Notes: generated by a model from the letters alone, not told the origin. 64,000 nt of DNA from the human T2T-CHM13v2.0 reference genome, Homo sapiens (GCF_009914755.1 NC_060927.1), one strand, 5' to 3'. Positions 1 through 13,948 are shown, counted from the stretch's first letter. Numbers and translations are program-made.

Positions 1-1867
1 ACAGAGATGGTATGACCCGCAGAGATCATTTTGCTGACCCTTGCTCTCTATTGATAAATCCATTGATTTAGCCACTCTAGTGGCCCTGAATCCCTCCTCA
101 TCCTCTTCAGCCTCTCAGCTGCCTTTGGCTCTCTCCACCAATTCTTGAAAATACTTTCCCTCACCCACTGTGACTGAATTTTATTTTTCTCTCCTTCTCT
201 CTCTCAGTCTTTTTTCTGTCTTTCGTTCTGACCTTTACTCTCCTGTAATCATGCATGAGGACACAGATTTTTGTCTTTTGTGTTCCTATCTACCTCTCCA
301 GTGCTTGCAACAGTCCCTGGCATGTACGTTTGTTGAATGGATGAATGAGTCTAGCTCTGTATGGAGGAGAGTTGAATCAGGATTCTTTTGCATCATCTTG
401 CAGAAAAGACCAGTTCAAACTTTACAAGTGAAAAAGTGGATGCCCCTGACAGTCAAAAAGGGAGAGTTTAGCTTAGAATCATGAACATTTCCCCTTACAC
501 AGCCGAAAGCCTGGATATTTTAGGGAACTTCTTTCTAGTCCATTGGCCCCAACACCTCACTCCTTATTGTGACATACTGTGAATATGTGCATGATGTAAG
601 CAGACAGTGTAAATATCCTCCTCTTTACCTTCGAATTTGGTCTAGTCTCCAACTGCTTTACAGAACAACCCTCCGGCCCCTTCCTCCACAGACTCCTGAG
701 CCCCTCTGTGGTCACCACCATGGTACTAGCTGAGAACTCTGCTATTCGTTTCGTGGGAGGTAGCTGTATTTCCACCATCTTTGCATAGCTGACCTCAATC
801 ATGTTTGTTAAATAAATTGTCAACTGAAGAAGGAAGAAAGGATGTAAGAGAGAAAAGGAAAGAAGAAGAAAGGAAAGCTAGGCATAGCTTAAGCCTTTTA
901 TTAAGATTAGGGCTGGCAAAGAAGAGGTTTCACTTTGTGTGCTAATGCTGACCAATTAGTAGTGATCAGCTAATGCTATCAGCTAATGCTGATCAATTGT
1001 ATCATCGGATTCTGAGGCTATATTTGTGACAAGAGCTATGATCAATTAGTATGTCTGCTATGGGTGTTGAAAGAAGGAGAGCTGTGGCTTACAGGCCATG
1101 TTTTTCCATTCTACTTGCAGGCCAATAAAGTATACAAAAAATCTTTTAAAAAATGATTATGTGAGTAGAATACTAGGTGCCTGCCTTTGGGGACCTCCTC
1201 ATCCCCTGTAATAAGTGACTGGATTTTTCATCCTATCACAATTAAACCCAATGGGGTAGAGGTAATTTTTCCAAAGGAAATTAGGGTGGTGGTAAGGTAG
1301 AGAAATAGATGCTAAGTACTGCTCCTCCCAATCAACCAAACTGTCTAGGGTCCACCACAGGGAGCAATCAAGAGTCTAGGATTCCTACTGTAGTATTAAT
1401 AAAAGCTGTTCATTTGTCTTAACTCATCTAAGAATGGACTAAGACAGCTGGAATTTAGCCAAAATACAAAATTTTATGTAACGAAGCTTTGCAGCTGTGT
1501 GTGCAGATATTTCTGAAAAAGTCATCATCCCTTTGCCCTCCTCTGTTCCCTTGTGCAATAAGCATTTCCATGTGGCTGTGAACTTGCCTAACAGCATTAG
1601 TAACTGCCATGGAGCAGGTAATTAGTAAATTTATGGAGCACTTACTAAGGGCCCTCCCAAGTCCTTACATCCATTTTCTTACATAATCCTTACAATAACT
1701 CTGTGAAGTGTTTAGTATTGTTTCTGTTTGCAGATAGGGAATCAGAATCAAGTGGTGTGTTCACATAGTTAGTGGTGGTGGTGGTAATCTGATTCCCAAG
1801 CCTGTGCTCTTAAGCACTCACAAATTCAAGATTATAACATTTGTGTATACCCATGGACACAACTGCA

Positions 1868-2018
1868 GGTGATTTTGCCACTTAGGAAACACTGGTAATG
1901 TCTGTTGACATTTATAACACCTGGAAGAGATACTAGTAGAGCCAGGAATGCCACTAAACCTCCTGCCAAGGGCCTTGTGACAAAGAATATTTGGCCGAAA
2001 ATGTCAGTCATGCCAAGA
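1868..2018. mobile_element. MER20-like hAT DNA transposon fragment
   Basis: ggtgattttgcc...gtaatgtctg...aaaatgtcagtcatgccaag resembles the MER20 consensus. Confidence 0.6.
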
Positions 2019-2779
2019 CACTCATGTGTACATACACATGTACACGTGGTTTGGGACCACCTAAAGTATCCATAGAGCTTTGGGGTCTGAACAGATAAAA
2101 GACTTGGCTTTTAAAAGACAAAGCTCACTGTGAGTAGGAGCTGGCTGCTAATATTTTCTTAATTAACTAGGAGTTGCCAGAAAGAATTTTTTCCTAAAGG
2201 CACCTCGCTCCCCCCAACCAGTTCCTACTCTCCTTGACATACATCCTCCAAATAAGACAGAAAATTCAGTCTGTTCAGGCAGTGAAAATAATTAAACCGT
2301 GTACTTCAAGATGGCCCTTCCATGAGTGCCTCAATAACTCTGCAGCTTGGAGGGGCAATGTGGCAAATCCACTCATTCTGGGTGGTTGGCCAAGGGGGTC
2401 ACAGTTGTCCTATAATCAGATTATGTTGCTATATCTGCCCATTGGCCATCTGTGGCCATTTGGGGAACTATTAAGCAAGCAGCGCTGACCTAAGTGAGAT
2501 GGACGATGGCAATGTTCCTTGGAGTGATAGATTGACCAGAGGGATGGTGTAATAGCCTGCCAGTGGGGGCTAGCAGATGGGCAACTTTGACGAGAAGAGC
2601 AGTCAGCTCCCCACAGGGAGGAGCAAGATTGGAAATGCAAAAGTAACCTTCCATAGATGCACCCCCATGATCTTCAATGAAGAGCAAGAACCAAGCCTGT
2701 GACAGACGCAAGCTTAACATTAGAAACTGCATATGGCTTGGCCATGTATTGAAAAATCCTTTATAATCCCTTTCTTGAA

Positions 2780-3210
2780 GCTATTTTAAAGAGTAATGAA
2801 AAATGTGTGTAATCATGATGTATAAAGATGTTCATTGCAGCATTATTTATGCTAGCATAGAGTGGGTAATAAAGGACTGACGGGAAAAGAATGGCTATAC
2901 AAAATTAATTCACACTCATAGAAGGGAACACTATACTGGCATTGAAAGTAATTTTCTTCCAAAGGCCATTTAATAACATGAAGAAATATTTACAAAGTTA
3001 AGTTTAAATGAAAAACAAGATCAGAAAAATTGGATATATTATTTTTGTTGAAAAAAATACATAAATGCATAGAAAAACAATAAAATGAATCAAAATGTTA
3101 ATAGGGCTTATTTTGAGGACATAGATAATTAAGATTTATGTATTCTTCTTAGCAAGTTTCAGCAATTTCTAAATTGTCTACAGTGAGCCCATGTTGTTTT
3201 TTAAATGATA
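2780..3210 (+). mobile_element. Old L1 (L1M-type) 3' fragment
   Basis: aagatgttcattgcagcattattt and A-rich L1 3'-end motifs. Confidence 0.6.
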
Positions 3211-3794
3211 CTTTTGTAAAATTTCAAAACAAAGAAGCTTTTCCCTGGTACTAATAAGGTTCTCATGCTATATGGAGACTATGGGAAATTAGTTACCCAA
3301 GACCTAGTTTAGCAGCTATCTTCACCAAAAACCAATTACTACCTGGAAGGTTACTTCAGTTAGTTCATCTCATGCCCTGTGTTGCTTGTCAGACACTGAT
3401 GTTTAGCTGAACACACCAAAAAATCCTCCTCCTCTTCCTTCTCCTGGTAGATTGTAGAACTGCTCATCTGGAATTTGGGAAACAGGCAGACTTGTCTGGC
3501 TCATTTGACATGGTCATTCCCCCGCCCCCTCCTCAAAATGCCACTTCAGTAATCTACACATTACAGGCAATATCTCCAAGGGGCTGCTACCTTCCCTGAG
3601 CACTTTCAACGGACTTTCTTTTTGCCTTCCCTCTTTCTGGAGTGTGTAGATTTTTGTCCTAAACTGAAGTCAGTTTTTCAAGCAGTTGCTATGACAGAAT
3701 CTACAGTTGTCGTAGTTGCACTAAGTTCACTTGAGCTATTGGTTTCAAGAAATAGGATGTAAGAAATCAGGGATTTTATTCTGTTGTCTGTACA

Positions 3795-4093
3795 TTTTGT
3801 TGTTGTTGTTGTTGTTGTTGTTTTTCTTGAGACGGAGTCTCGTTCTGTCGCCCAGGCTGGAGGGCAGTGGCATGATCTCAGCTCACAGCAACCTCTGCCG
3901 TCCAGGTTCAGGTGATCCGCCTGCCTCAGCCTCCAAAGTAGCCACCACACCCAGCTAATGTTTGTATTTTTTTAGTAGAGATGGGGTTTTACCATTTTGG
4001 CCAGGCTGGTCTCGAACTTCTGACCTCAAGTGATCCACCCTCCTCAGCCCCACAAAGCTGTGGGATTACAGGCATGAGCCACCATTCCTGGCC
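3795..4093 (-). mobile_element. Alu (S-type) with (TTG)n-converted tail and ~19-nt internal deletion
   Basis: gagacggagtctcg...ccaggctggtctcgaacttctgacctcaagtgatcc...ctggcc; the tgggattacaggc segment is missing near 3941. Confidence 0.95.
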
Positions 4094-4599
4094 TGGTGGC
4101 TAGGCATTTTCTATCTGGCATACCTTTGTACTTTTCCCTTAAGAAAGATGGCAGTGATGGGCTCTACTGAACCACAAGGAAGCTCTCTGCTTTGTCTCCT
4201 TGCCTCTCAAAGGTGCTCAGTGTGGCTTAGATATCTGCCTGGGTCAGTCCTCCTAGCCTACTGTCATTCACTTGTGTCCTGCCCTCCCAAGCCAGAAGCT
4301 GCAGGAGAACCTAGACTTTGAGTCCAGGTGTGTTACTTGCAGTGAACAGTTCTCCTCAGACCCAGCTGGCCATCCAACGTTCACCCGCTCTCCACTCTCA
4401 TTCCCTCCGTGCCCCTGTGTGTGCGGTTGGCATTGCTCTGAGTAGCGGGTAAAGCCTTGGGGCCAGGGCTGTAAAGGTCAGACAGAACACCTCTCTGCAT
4501 TGTTCCTGTCCTGCAGCTCCTCCCTGGGTAGCTACAAGCCCACAGACCAAGGGCTGCACCCCTCTCTCCTCCCTGCCCAGCACACAGCCTCCCTTCCAG

Positions 4600-5095
4600 A
4601 TCCTTCATCGACAACAATTTATGAAAGGCTGAGGATGTACCAGGCACTCTTCCGGGTGCTGGTGATAACATGTGAAGAATTCTTGAAAATCCTGCCCTCC
4701 TGGGGCTTATATCTTTTGGGTGGGTTTGGGGAGAAAATAATAAAGAAGACAAAACAAGAAGTGAAATAAAACCAGGAAGGGGAATCAGGTTGTAATTTTT
4801 GATGAATTAGTTAAGGAAGGCCTTATGAGAAGGTGACACATCACATCAGTAAAGACTCAAAGGAGGTGAGGGAGACAGCAGACATCTGGGAGGGGAGAAG
4901 GGGAGAGAGGGCACCCAGGCAGAGGGAACAGCCAGTGCAGAAGCGCTTAGCTAGAGTATGCCCTGGCATGTGTAGGGACCATCGAGAAGGCCATTGTGTC
5001 TACAGGGGAATACATGATGGGGCCCACAGCAGGAGAAGGAATCAGAGGCCACAGGAAGAGATCCTGTTCACATGGGCTTTGTAAGGCTGTGTGCG
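4600..5095. mobile_element. L2 LINE fragment
   Basis: atgtaccaggcact...ggaaggccttatgagaaggtgaca...aggcagagggaacagccagtgcaga are L2 3'-region motifs. Confidence 0.6.
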
Positions 5096-8000
5096 AATTC
5101 CAGCTTTTCTCTCTTACTTCAATGGCATCAGCTGTTTTGCGCAGAAGAGTGCCACACTGGGGTGAATAGCATCCAGGTGTCTGCTCCGTCGAGCACAGAC
5201 TGGAGGGGAGGGCAGGGCAGAGGCAGAGAGAGTGTGAGGAGGCTACAGAAGCTAACCCGATGAGAGGTGCTGGGGCCCTGGAGAGCAGGGAGCGATGAGT
5301 GGTGGGGAGGAGTCCAGTATTCACAGGCCTCTCCACCCCTCACACATTCAGGCCCAGTTGCAAGGTAGCTGTGGAAATTGAATGGGGATCAGAATGTCAG
5401 CAACTCGTTTCTGATAATCACTGTCTAGTCTGAGAAACTTATTAGTGCCAGAGAAAAGCTATTTTCTTTTGAATGGAAAAAAAAAGAGTACCCTTTTAAC
5501 AATAATCAAAGCAACATAGGGTCACTGCAGACAATTTGGAAAGTACGGAAATTTGCAAAGAAGAAGACTCGAAGGAGGTGAGGGAGACAGCGAGGGATAT
5601 AAATCATAATTCTATGTTGTAGAAATGTCTTACTAATATTTTTATTTATTTTATTCTGAGTTTTTTCTCGGCATACACACACATATTTAAATTTTCCTTA
5701 CCTCATGTTTTAGTTTAACATTGCGAATATTTCCTCTGTGTCATCAAATAGTCTTTGAAAAGATTGTTTTAATGGCAACATAATGTTCCTTCCTACTAGT
5801 GTGAGTTAACTTATATAGCAATTTGCTTAGTGGAGGATGGGGCTTACAGGTGCAGCCTTGATGGGCTTCCTAAAATTTCACCCCCAAATCAGATAAGCTT
5901 AGCTACCTGGTAACAGCAGAGTTGATACCCGAAGGCCTCCTCCAAGGGCAGAGCCTGCTCCTGGGAGCTTCCGTGTCATGGAGAACAGGCCCATGTTCTG
6001 TTTCCTGCAGGCAGACACACATGGAGAAGGCCTGGGAGAGTTTGAACCCAGAATTCTAAGAGCCTTTACTAAGACTCACCAATATAAGCCTCTCTTCCTC
6101 CCTGGGAAAATGAGAAAGAGAGGTAGAGAAAGAGGCCAGGAGTGTCACCCTGGTGAAAGGCCTGTCTGTACATGAAAACCCAAGGCCAGAAAAACAGAGG
6201 TCTCCTCCCACCATTGGAATTTCAGCAGACTAATGGATGTCAAGTACTTGGCCCTGGTAAATGCTCAATAATTGCCATCTTCCCCCTTCCACTACTGTTC
6301 CCAGGAACATACCAAAATTTCATAAAATGAATAGTCCCATGTGCCAATTTAATGGGCCAAGCTGAATTATTGGGCGGTCATTGCTTTTCTGCCAACCTAG
6401 TGAACCCCCTGCAGAAAGCAGGATGAGTTCAGTGGGTTACCCTTTGATGTCATAAGTCATCCTTCTCACCCTGTGTAAGCTGAATATACTCAAAAGGAAA
6501 AAGATCAATGAACCCCCAAGTTGGCAGTGTCTTGGTAACCTGTGTTGGAGTTTAATAATTGTTTATGGATGGATGTATGGATGAGTAGATGGATGGACGA
6601 ATGGACATAGAGAAGGCAGAGAGGGAAGAAAGGAGGATAGACGGTGGGTGGATGGAAAAAAGGGTAAATTAAGACAAAGTCATTGTATCCTTTTTTTTCT
6701 CTGAAGAGATATGGGGGAAATAATGATTTTACATAAGTCATTGTAGTCTTTTTTCTCAGGTGAAATACAAACCCAATATAAAAACCCCTCATTTCTGTTG
6801 GAAGTAAGTAAAGAGACACATTGTGATCTTAGTAGCATATTTTATCTGTTTGAGCCCCAGAAAGGAAGATGGGTGATTTTCTAGCTTGAGTGACATAAAT
6901 CTGTGCCCTCCCCCTGTAAAATATATTGTCATTTCTGTGATTCATTTGGCTTTTTTTTTTTTTTTTTTGAAGTGGACTGTGGTTTGTGTGCAGTGGATGA
7001 AGTAATTGGAGTGAGTGCTTCTCCCTAGAGACAGAATCAATCACTGTGGTAGAAGATGGTGACATTTTAGAAAGAAACTCTGAGGAAAATGTCATGCTTA
7101 AAAAATTAGATTTAAACACACTGGCTCCAGATTGATTTTTATTACACTCAAATGGATACCCTGATTGATTATCAGTCTTACAAATGTTTAGCACATTTCT
7201 CACTTCTCTAATAATCAGAATAATCTAATTTTCAATGTCATTTAATGTACTCTATTCAAGGTTATAATAGATCATATTTCTAATAAAACACAGCAATTAT
7301 GTAATGAATAATACAGGAGGACCAGCATTCAGATTCCCTTGATTTTAAGGCAGTGCCAAGGGAAGGTCTTAGACAAACCCATTTCTTTAAATGTGATGCA
7401 CATTCCAAGTCTTTGCCTGCATTATAGAGGATGTTTTTTTCCTGCTGATGATCTGAATGGAACTTTGCCAGAAAACTTGACCTCCCCCGACAAAAAAAAA
7501 AAAAAAAAAAACCTTTTGAGAGGCAGCAAGTTTTGAATCCTTTTTTAATATGTGTTATCAGTGCACCTGAAGAAAAGTGACAGGTTGCTAAGTTATTTAT
7601 TGAGTTTCTCTAGTAATTGCTGCTTTCTTCCCATTTTTTATATACATTCCCAGGAGAAATACTATATTTTAGTTCTAAAAATTTTTTCCAATATCCATTA
7701 TAGCAGCAGCTGACATTATAGATGTTTTAGGGTGAGCCACAAGGTATCTAGTTTGGAGGAAGCTTGGCTCTATATTTTGAGCCCAATACCTGATTATGTT
7801 TGGTTTTTTCAAGAGACCTGACTCACGTTAGGAAGTAACTTGTACTTTTTCTATTTGTGGCTTCTAGCCAATTCCAGTCATGTCCAAATCTAGGTTAGTA
7901 ATTATGAATTCCTTTGTTATGGCTTACAGCTCCATTTGATCTGGTATGCGTATGAAATGGTATCAAAACCTGGTGGCCTAACAAGCAATAGCACTTAAAA

Positions 8001-9138
8001 GGTTTATTGTTTTGTCCCATGTTCTTGGTGAGGGGCATTTAGGGGCAGCAGATAGAACAATGAAGGCTGAAGAGGTAGCAGGCCTGATAAGCATTTAGAG
8101 ACTGAAAAGAAGGGGGCCAAAGCAGAAGGCCCACTTCTAAGATCAATCCTAGATGAACCTGGCAGAGTGAGAAATTCAGAAGCTCTGAAGGCTCCAGAAG
8201 ATCTAAGCAGAAGTAATTGATGGGCCAGTACTAACAAGATGCCATTTAACAGAGGTGAACATTACGTTCTGATTCAGACTCGGCCAAATTGGTAGAGGAA
8301 ATACAGGTTGGGAAGGATCAAGCTGAGGATCTGATGACCAGAAGCTTGCCATGAACCAACTCGGGGTAGTCACATGTCCTCCCTTTTAAGGTGTTTGGTT
8401 AATCAGATCATGAAAGACCATAACCCTCTGTACTGGGGGCTGATCAGAGCACACCTTGAAACATTAGTGCTTTTTATTCTGAGCACCTCATTTTAAGAGG
8501 GAAGTTACCTAGAACTGGACATTATCCAAAGAATGTTGACCAAGATGGCATGAGATCATAAAGCTGTGTGCTATGAGATGAGAAAAAGGAAAGTCATAGT
8601 TTGCTGCCATTTATTGAGTGCTGGGCCTTTTCAACACCTTTATGAGACATTACCATTCTTTCATGGTCATGGCAACTGACACCGAGATTGGCCAGATAAT
8701 TTGCCAAAATTTACACAACTACTAAAGCTACACAGTCAAGATGTAAGCCCAGCTGTCTCTCTCTCTCTCAGCTTTTGTGATCTCACCATATCTGAGATTT
8801 TCTATAGACTGATGATTCTAGATGATCTCCAAGGTCCCTTCCAGCTGTAGAATTCTGATGGTCTCTATTCAGGATATGAGTTCAAATATCATTGCCTGAT
8901 ACTTGGAAACATTCCAAGCATAAAGAGAGAATACTGTCTTATGGTACTCAAAATAAGATGAGATTAACCTGGGAACACTTGCTGCTTAAGTAAATTGAGG
9001 TTGAGAAAATGAGGACCCCTTTGCAGTTAAGATACTTGGCAGTAAAATCTGTCTACATTTTTGAAAATATTAGTTCTTGAGACATTATGCAGTTTCCTAA
9101 AGCCTTGAGGAAAAGGAGTATGTGTGTCTGCATCGGCC

Positions 9139-9880
9139 TGCCTTAGTCTGTTTGGGCTGCTGTAACAAAAATACCATAGACTAGGTGGCTTATAAATAAC
9201 AGAAATTTATTTCTCCCAGTTCTGAAGGCTGGGAAGTCCAAGATCAAGGCACCAGGAGATGCCTAGTGAGGTCCTACTTTCTGGTTCATAGATAGGTGTC
9301 TTCTTGCTGTAACCTCACATGGCAGAAGGGGGAAGCAAGCTCCCTCAGGACTCATTTAAGATACTAATCCCATCCATGAGGGCTCCACCCTCATGACTAC
9401 GTCACCTCCCAAAGGCCTCGCCTTTGAATACCATCACATCGGGGATTAGGTTTCACTTTATTTAAAATTTAATTTCATTTTAAGTTCTGGGATACATCTG
9501 CAGGATGTGCAGGTTTGTTACACCTAGCAACCCATCACTTAGGTATTAAGCCTCATATGCATTAGCTATTTATCCCGATGTTCTCCCTCCCCACCGCCAC
9601 CTGACAGGCCCCAGTGTGTGATGTTCCCCCTTCTGTGTCCATGTGTTCTCATTGTTCAGCTCCCACTTATAAGTGAGGACATGTGGTGTTTGGTTTTCTG
9701 AACCTGCATTAGTTTGCTGAAGATAATGGCTTTCAGCTCTATCCATGTCCCTGCAAAGGACATGATCTCGTTCCTTTTTACGACTGCATAGTATTCCAGG
9801 GTATATATGTACCAAGTTTTCTTTAGGGGATTAAGTTTTAACTTGCGAATTTGGAGAGGACACAAACATTTAGTCTATAG
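9139..9880 (-). mobile_element. MaLR solo LTR (MST/MLT1A-like) interrupted by an L1 3' end
   Basis: ttagtctgtttgggctgctgtaacaaaaataccatagact...ggaagtccaagatcaagg...; LTR end resumes at ~9826. Confidence 0.85.
9457..9825 (-). mobile_element. 5'-truncated primate L1 (L1PA-type) 3' end
   Basis: ORF 9656..9865 gives WYIYTLEYYAVVKRNEIMSFAGTWIELKAII (L1 ORF2 C terminus); 3'UTR ctcccacttataagtgag; T-rich tail at the left. Confidence 0.92.
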
Positions 9881-12800
9881 AACTGACTGTTTTAAGGGGT
9901 TAAGAAGGAGATGACCTACAAAATTAATGACAAAAATCATCTTTGAAGGCTTGAAGGGCAGGGTCTTAGCAGAGTAGTTAGGATGGGAAGGAGAGGTTTT
10001 AAATGCTGTCCTCATAGTGGGGACCTATGGTTACCTGAGCAGTTCACAAGGTATTATAGGGGGCCCAGCAAGAGGGAATGAGTAAGGAGTCATCTGTGGA
10101 ACCCGGCAGCCCATTTGAGCTCTAACAGTACTGTTTTTACTTTTTACTGTTCATTGTCATATATGGTATTTTCCCACCTTTGGAAGATGAGCTATTGTCT
10201 GCAAAGCATCATTCAAAGAGGGAGTGAGTTTGAGAAACAGTAGATAGACTCATCAGACCCTGGTAGATATACTGGATAAGGAAGAGAGGAGGATAGGTCT
10301 GCCTCTTCCATTTGACTCATGGGCCCTCAGATGGATTATGGTGCCAGTCACTGAGGTGGCAACATGGAAGGAGAAAGAGTTATGTGGAGCAGCTAAAGAG
10401 TCCATTTTAGGGAGAAGATCAATGTGAGGTGCCAGTGATATCTAATGGGCAATGGGATGGTCACATCTGACGCTTAGGAGAAAGGTCTGGGCTAGAGATT
10501 GAGATTCGAGTCTCCTGGATATATGTCCTTAATAGTGGAGGGCTTGGGCATGGATCTCATTACACATAGAATAAGAAGAGGGCTAGGGACACTCCCAGAG
10601 ATACAGAATTCTTTAGATGGGCTGCCAGATAGGTCTTGTGGGGATCCCAGGATGCAGATGTCTCAAGTTGAGTGTTTCTTAGCTTTCTCAATCAAGCCTT
10701 CAATCTGTTTTCCATAAATCTGGAAGTTAGCAATAGTTCTGAGAGAGGGGAATCCCAGTCCATGCCTACCTGCATTCCTCTTTTTGAAGTTAGTTAGCTC
10801 AAGGCATTTTTTTTATAACCATGTTTCATAGTTCTTGCTACTTTTTAAAGTCAAGAGGCATCCTAAAAAGTTCCCATAGCCCACTGAGCTGGCCCTTTTT
10901 TTAAATAAACCTGGTTATGAACAAGAGCCCTGGGATGAGACAGCAAAGCCAATAATCATAGTTGACCACGGGCCCCTCTGTAGTCAAGGTACATGGTAGC
11001 AAAAACAGACTGTGTGATTAAAAATGGCAGTTCCTGGAGCTGACCAACCATTGTGCAATTTCCTGAATTTGGTCAAAAGATTATAGGGTAAGTGGGCAAA
11101 CAGGCTGGGCAAGGGAAAGTCAGCCTGGTGAAATTAATGAGAAAAATATTATTTTAGAGTCCAGTGTTCCTTTCCAGCTTAAGATCTAGACAACCTTAAA
11201 TGCATGCACAGTTAAACCATATGTTCTCAGGATAATGAAAATGGCTGGGGTTGGGGGAGGGCGGCCAATTCTTGCTGACTGTGCTTTGGTTGTTAATTGG
11301 AAGGGACTTGGTAAGGGGCGGGGGGAACATTCTCGTGCCAGTGGCTTGTTAGGGCAACTTGACCTCTCTGCCTGCATTCCAGATATTTCCAAGATAGCTG
11401 GCCCTGCTTTGCATATATCTAGATCAAGTGGGCACCCCAAATCTCTTAGTCTGGTTTCCTCTCTCAAGTTCTTAGAAGGTCAGTTCTCACTCTTCACCTT
11501 TCTGCCTACTAAAATCTACCTGGAGGAGATAATACTGCACCCGTCTAAAATGAACCAAGGGTATGATAAAGGTAATGAAAGAAAGAATTTTGAAATGGGT
11601 GTAAATATTCAATGTCTAGGGTTTACTACAAAATAATCTTGGGAGGTGTGGGAGTAGGAAGAAAATAAGTTTGGCCATGAGTTGACCATTGAAGCAGAGT
11701 GTTGAGTGAATGGGGGCTGTTACATCATGGTCTCTACTTTAAGTATGTCTAGATTTTATGTAGCAGATCTGTTTAAATATAAATACGTATTCCAGTTGTC
11801 AGGACTGGAGGAATTAATGACATACCTTTTAAGGTATGATTTTGTGTTTTAAAGCTTGAAAATGAAAAACAGATATCCTACGAAGGAAGACGGGCAAACT
11901 ATAATTCACTTGGTGAATACTATGAAATGCATGAGGAGTTAAAGTACTTACATATTCAAAATTTTAGTTCTATAGAGATGATTTTTTTCCTGCCATCTTT
12001 TGCTTTTTTTTTTTTTTGAAAGATTTGAGTAAATAAAACACAACTATATTGATTGCTACCTACAGACTTTTCTGGCTACCTAGTCTCTCGTTGCCCTTTC
12101 ACTGGATGGGAGCCTCCTTGAGGGAGGGTGGCCTCTGCCACTGGCGCCCAGGCATACTCTTCACCACCCCTCAAGGAATGATTGACAGGGGAGCAGAGAA
12201 CTTTTCTTTAGAGAACTCTAGGAATCTTTAAGCCCATCCTCTTCATCTCTGTGTGATTTAGACCCAGCTATTTGTGAGGATCCCTTTCTGACCACGTTAT
12301 TTTCCAAAGGAGCAACAGGTAATGCAATGGCCTTGGAAAGTCTTTGGATGCTTATAAAGGAAGAATTGTGGAAGAACTCTCTTTCACATCACCAAAAAAA
12401 CCAGTCATCTGAAGTGTTGCTTCCTAAGAATGTGGAGCAATCAATAAACCCCCTTGGAGTATCTTACATGTCGACACTCCCTTGGCCTTGATAACATCTG
12501 CCCTCCAAAGGCATTTGGCGTGCATCTGTTGAACACATTTGTATGGATTGTCACTGGGTCTTCGCTGCAACCTGGCAGGATTGGACGCCATCCTTCGTTC
12601 CCAGGCCTCATGAGAATCGAAACATCCAACATCTCTCAGGCACCTCTCAAATACCAGAGGTCCCCGACTCTCTTTATGTTCCCAAGATCTTTACTCATGC
12701 TTTCCCCTCAGCCTAGAATATTCTTCACCTAGTTAAACAGTACTCGGCCCAGACATTCTGATGCAGAATGTTCTGTGCAGATTTTCTCTGGCTGACTTCC

Positions 12801-13209
12801 CACTCCCCCTCCCCAACTAGAAAGAAGCCCATGTCACCTGTGTTTGCCACACTGTTTCCCCATGTGTTTTCAGGGTGTAATGTCATGTTAATCTGTGTTT
12901 GGTTAGGTGAGGAATGTGTGTGTCTACCTCTGGAGCAGGGGTCTACAAATACTGCAGGCCATGGTTAGGGTGGGGGAGGGGATTTCCCGAGAGAAAGTAT
13001 CTGTGCGTGGAGGTGTAGGGCAGGGGAACTCACTGCTGTGCAGAAAATAACAACTGACATCTAGTATGTTGCCTGATAGCTGAAATAAAACAAAAAAACA
13101 TGAGGGGGTGAGTATTAATTGTTTTATTTTTTGTTAAATTTATTTTCTTCCCTAAGTTTGATTTATTGCACAAGCAACTTCTTAACAATCAAGGACGTTT
13201 TTTAGTGTA

Positions 13210-13430
13210 CAGGTCAGCCAACTCTGCAGTCCATAGGTTAAACCCGGCCCACTGCTTATTTTGGTAAAGAAAGTTTTACTGGGACACAGCCCTGTGCGTT
13301 TGTTGACGTGTAGTCCTGGCTCTTTTTGCGCTACAAGGGCAGAGTTGAGTAGTGTGACAAAAACTGGGAAGGCCCAAAAGCCTACAACATTTCTATCTGG
13401 CCTATTAGGAGAAAAATTTGCCACTCCTGG
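13210..13430. mobile_element. MER58A-like hAT MITE
   Basis: aaagttttactgggacacagcc...gcagagttgagtagt...aaaaatttgccactcctg. Confidence 0.8.
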
Positions 13431-13526
13431 GCTAGACTGTGACTCAGTGAGGAACCACGTCTGCCTCTTCACCATCAACACCTCCAGTAACCCTCACAGT
13501 GCCGGGCACAGAGTTGCATAGGTTCG

Positions 13527-13948
13527 GCCTTAGTCTGTTTTCTGTTGGTTATACCAGAATACTTGAAACTGGATAATTCATAAAGAAAAGGAATTTCTTT
13601 CTTACTTTGAGGGCTGAGAAGTCCAAAGTCAAGGCACTGCATCTAGTCTTTTTGCTGATAGGGAATCTCTGTGGTGTCCCAAGATGGCACAGGGCCTCAT
13701 ATGGCAAGAGGATTGGGTGTGTTAACATGCCAGCCCACGTCTCTCTTCCACTTCTTATAAAGCCATCAGTTCCTCTCATGACCCATTAATCCATTAACCC
13801 ATTAATTCATAAATAAGTTAATCTACTCCTGATGGCAGAGCACTCTCGGTCCAATCACTTCTTAAAGGCTTCTCATCTCAAAACTGCCACATTGCGGATT
13901 AAGTTTCAACATGAGTTTTAGAGGGGAAAAATATTCAAACCATAGCAG
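13527..13948 (-). mobile_element. MaLR MST-type solo LTR
   Basis: ttagtctgttttctgttg.ttata.cagaatacttgaaactgg...attaagtttcaacatgagtttt...caaaccatagca. Confidence 0.85.
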
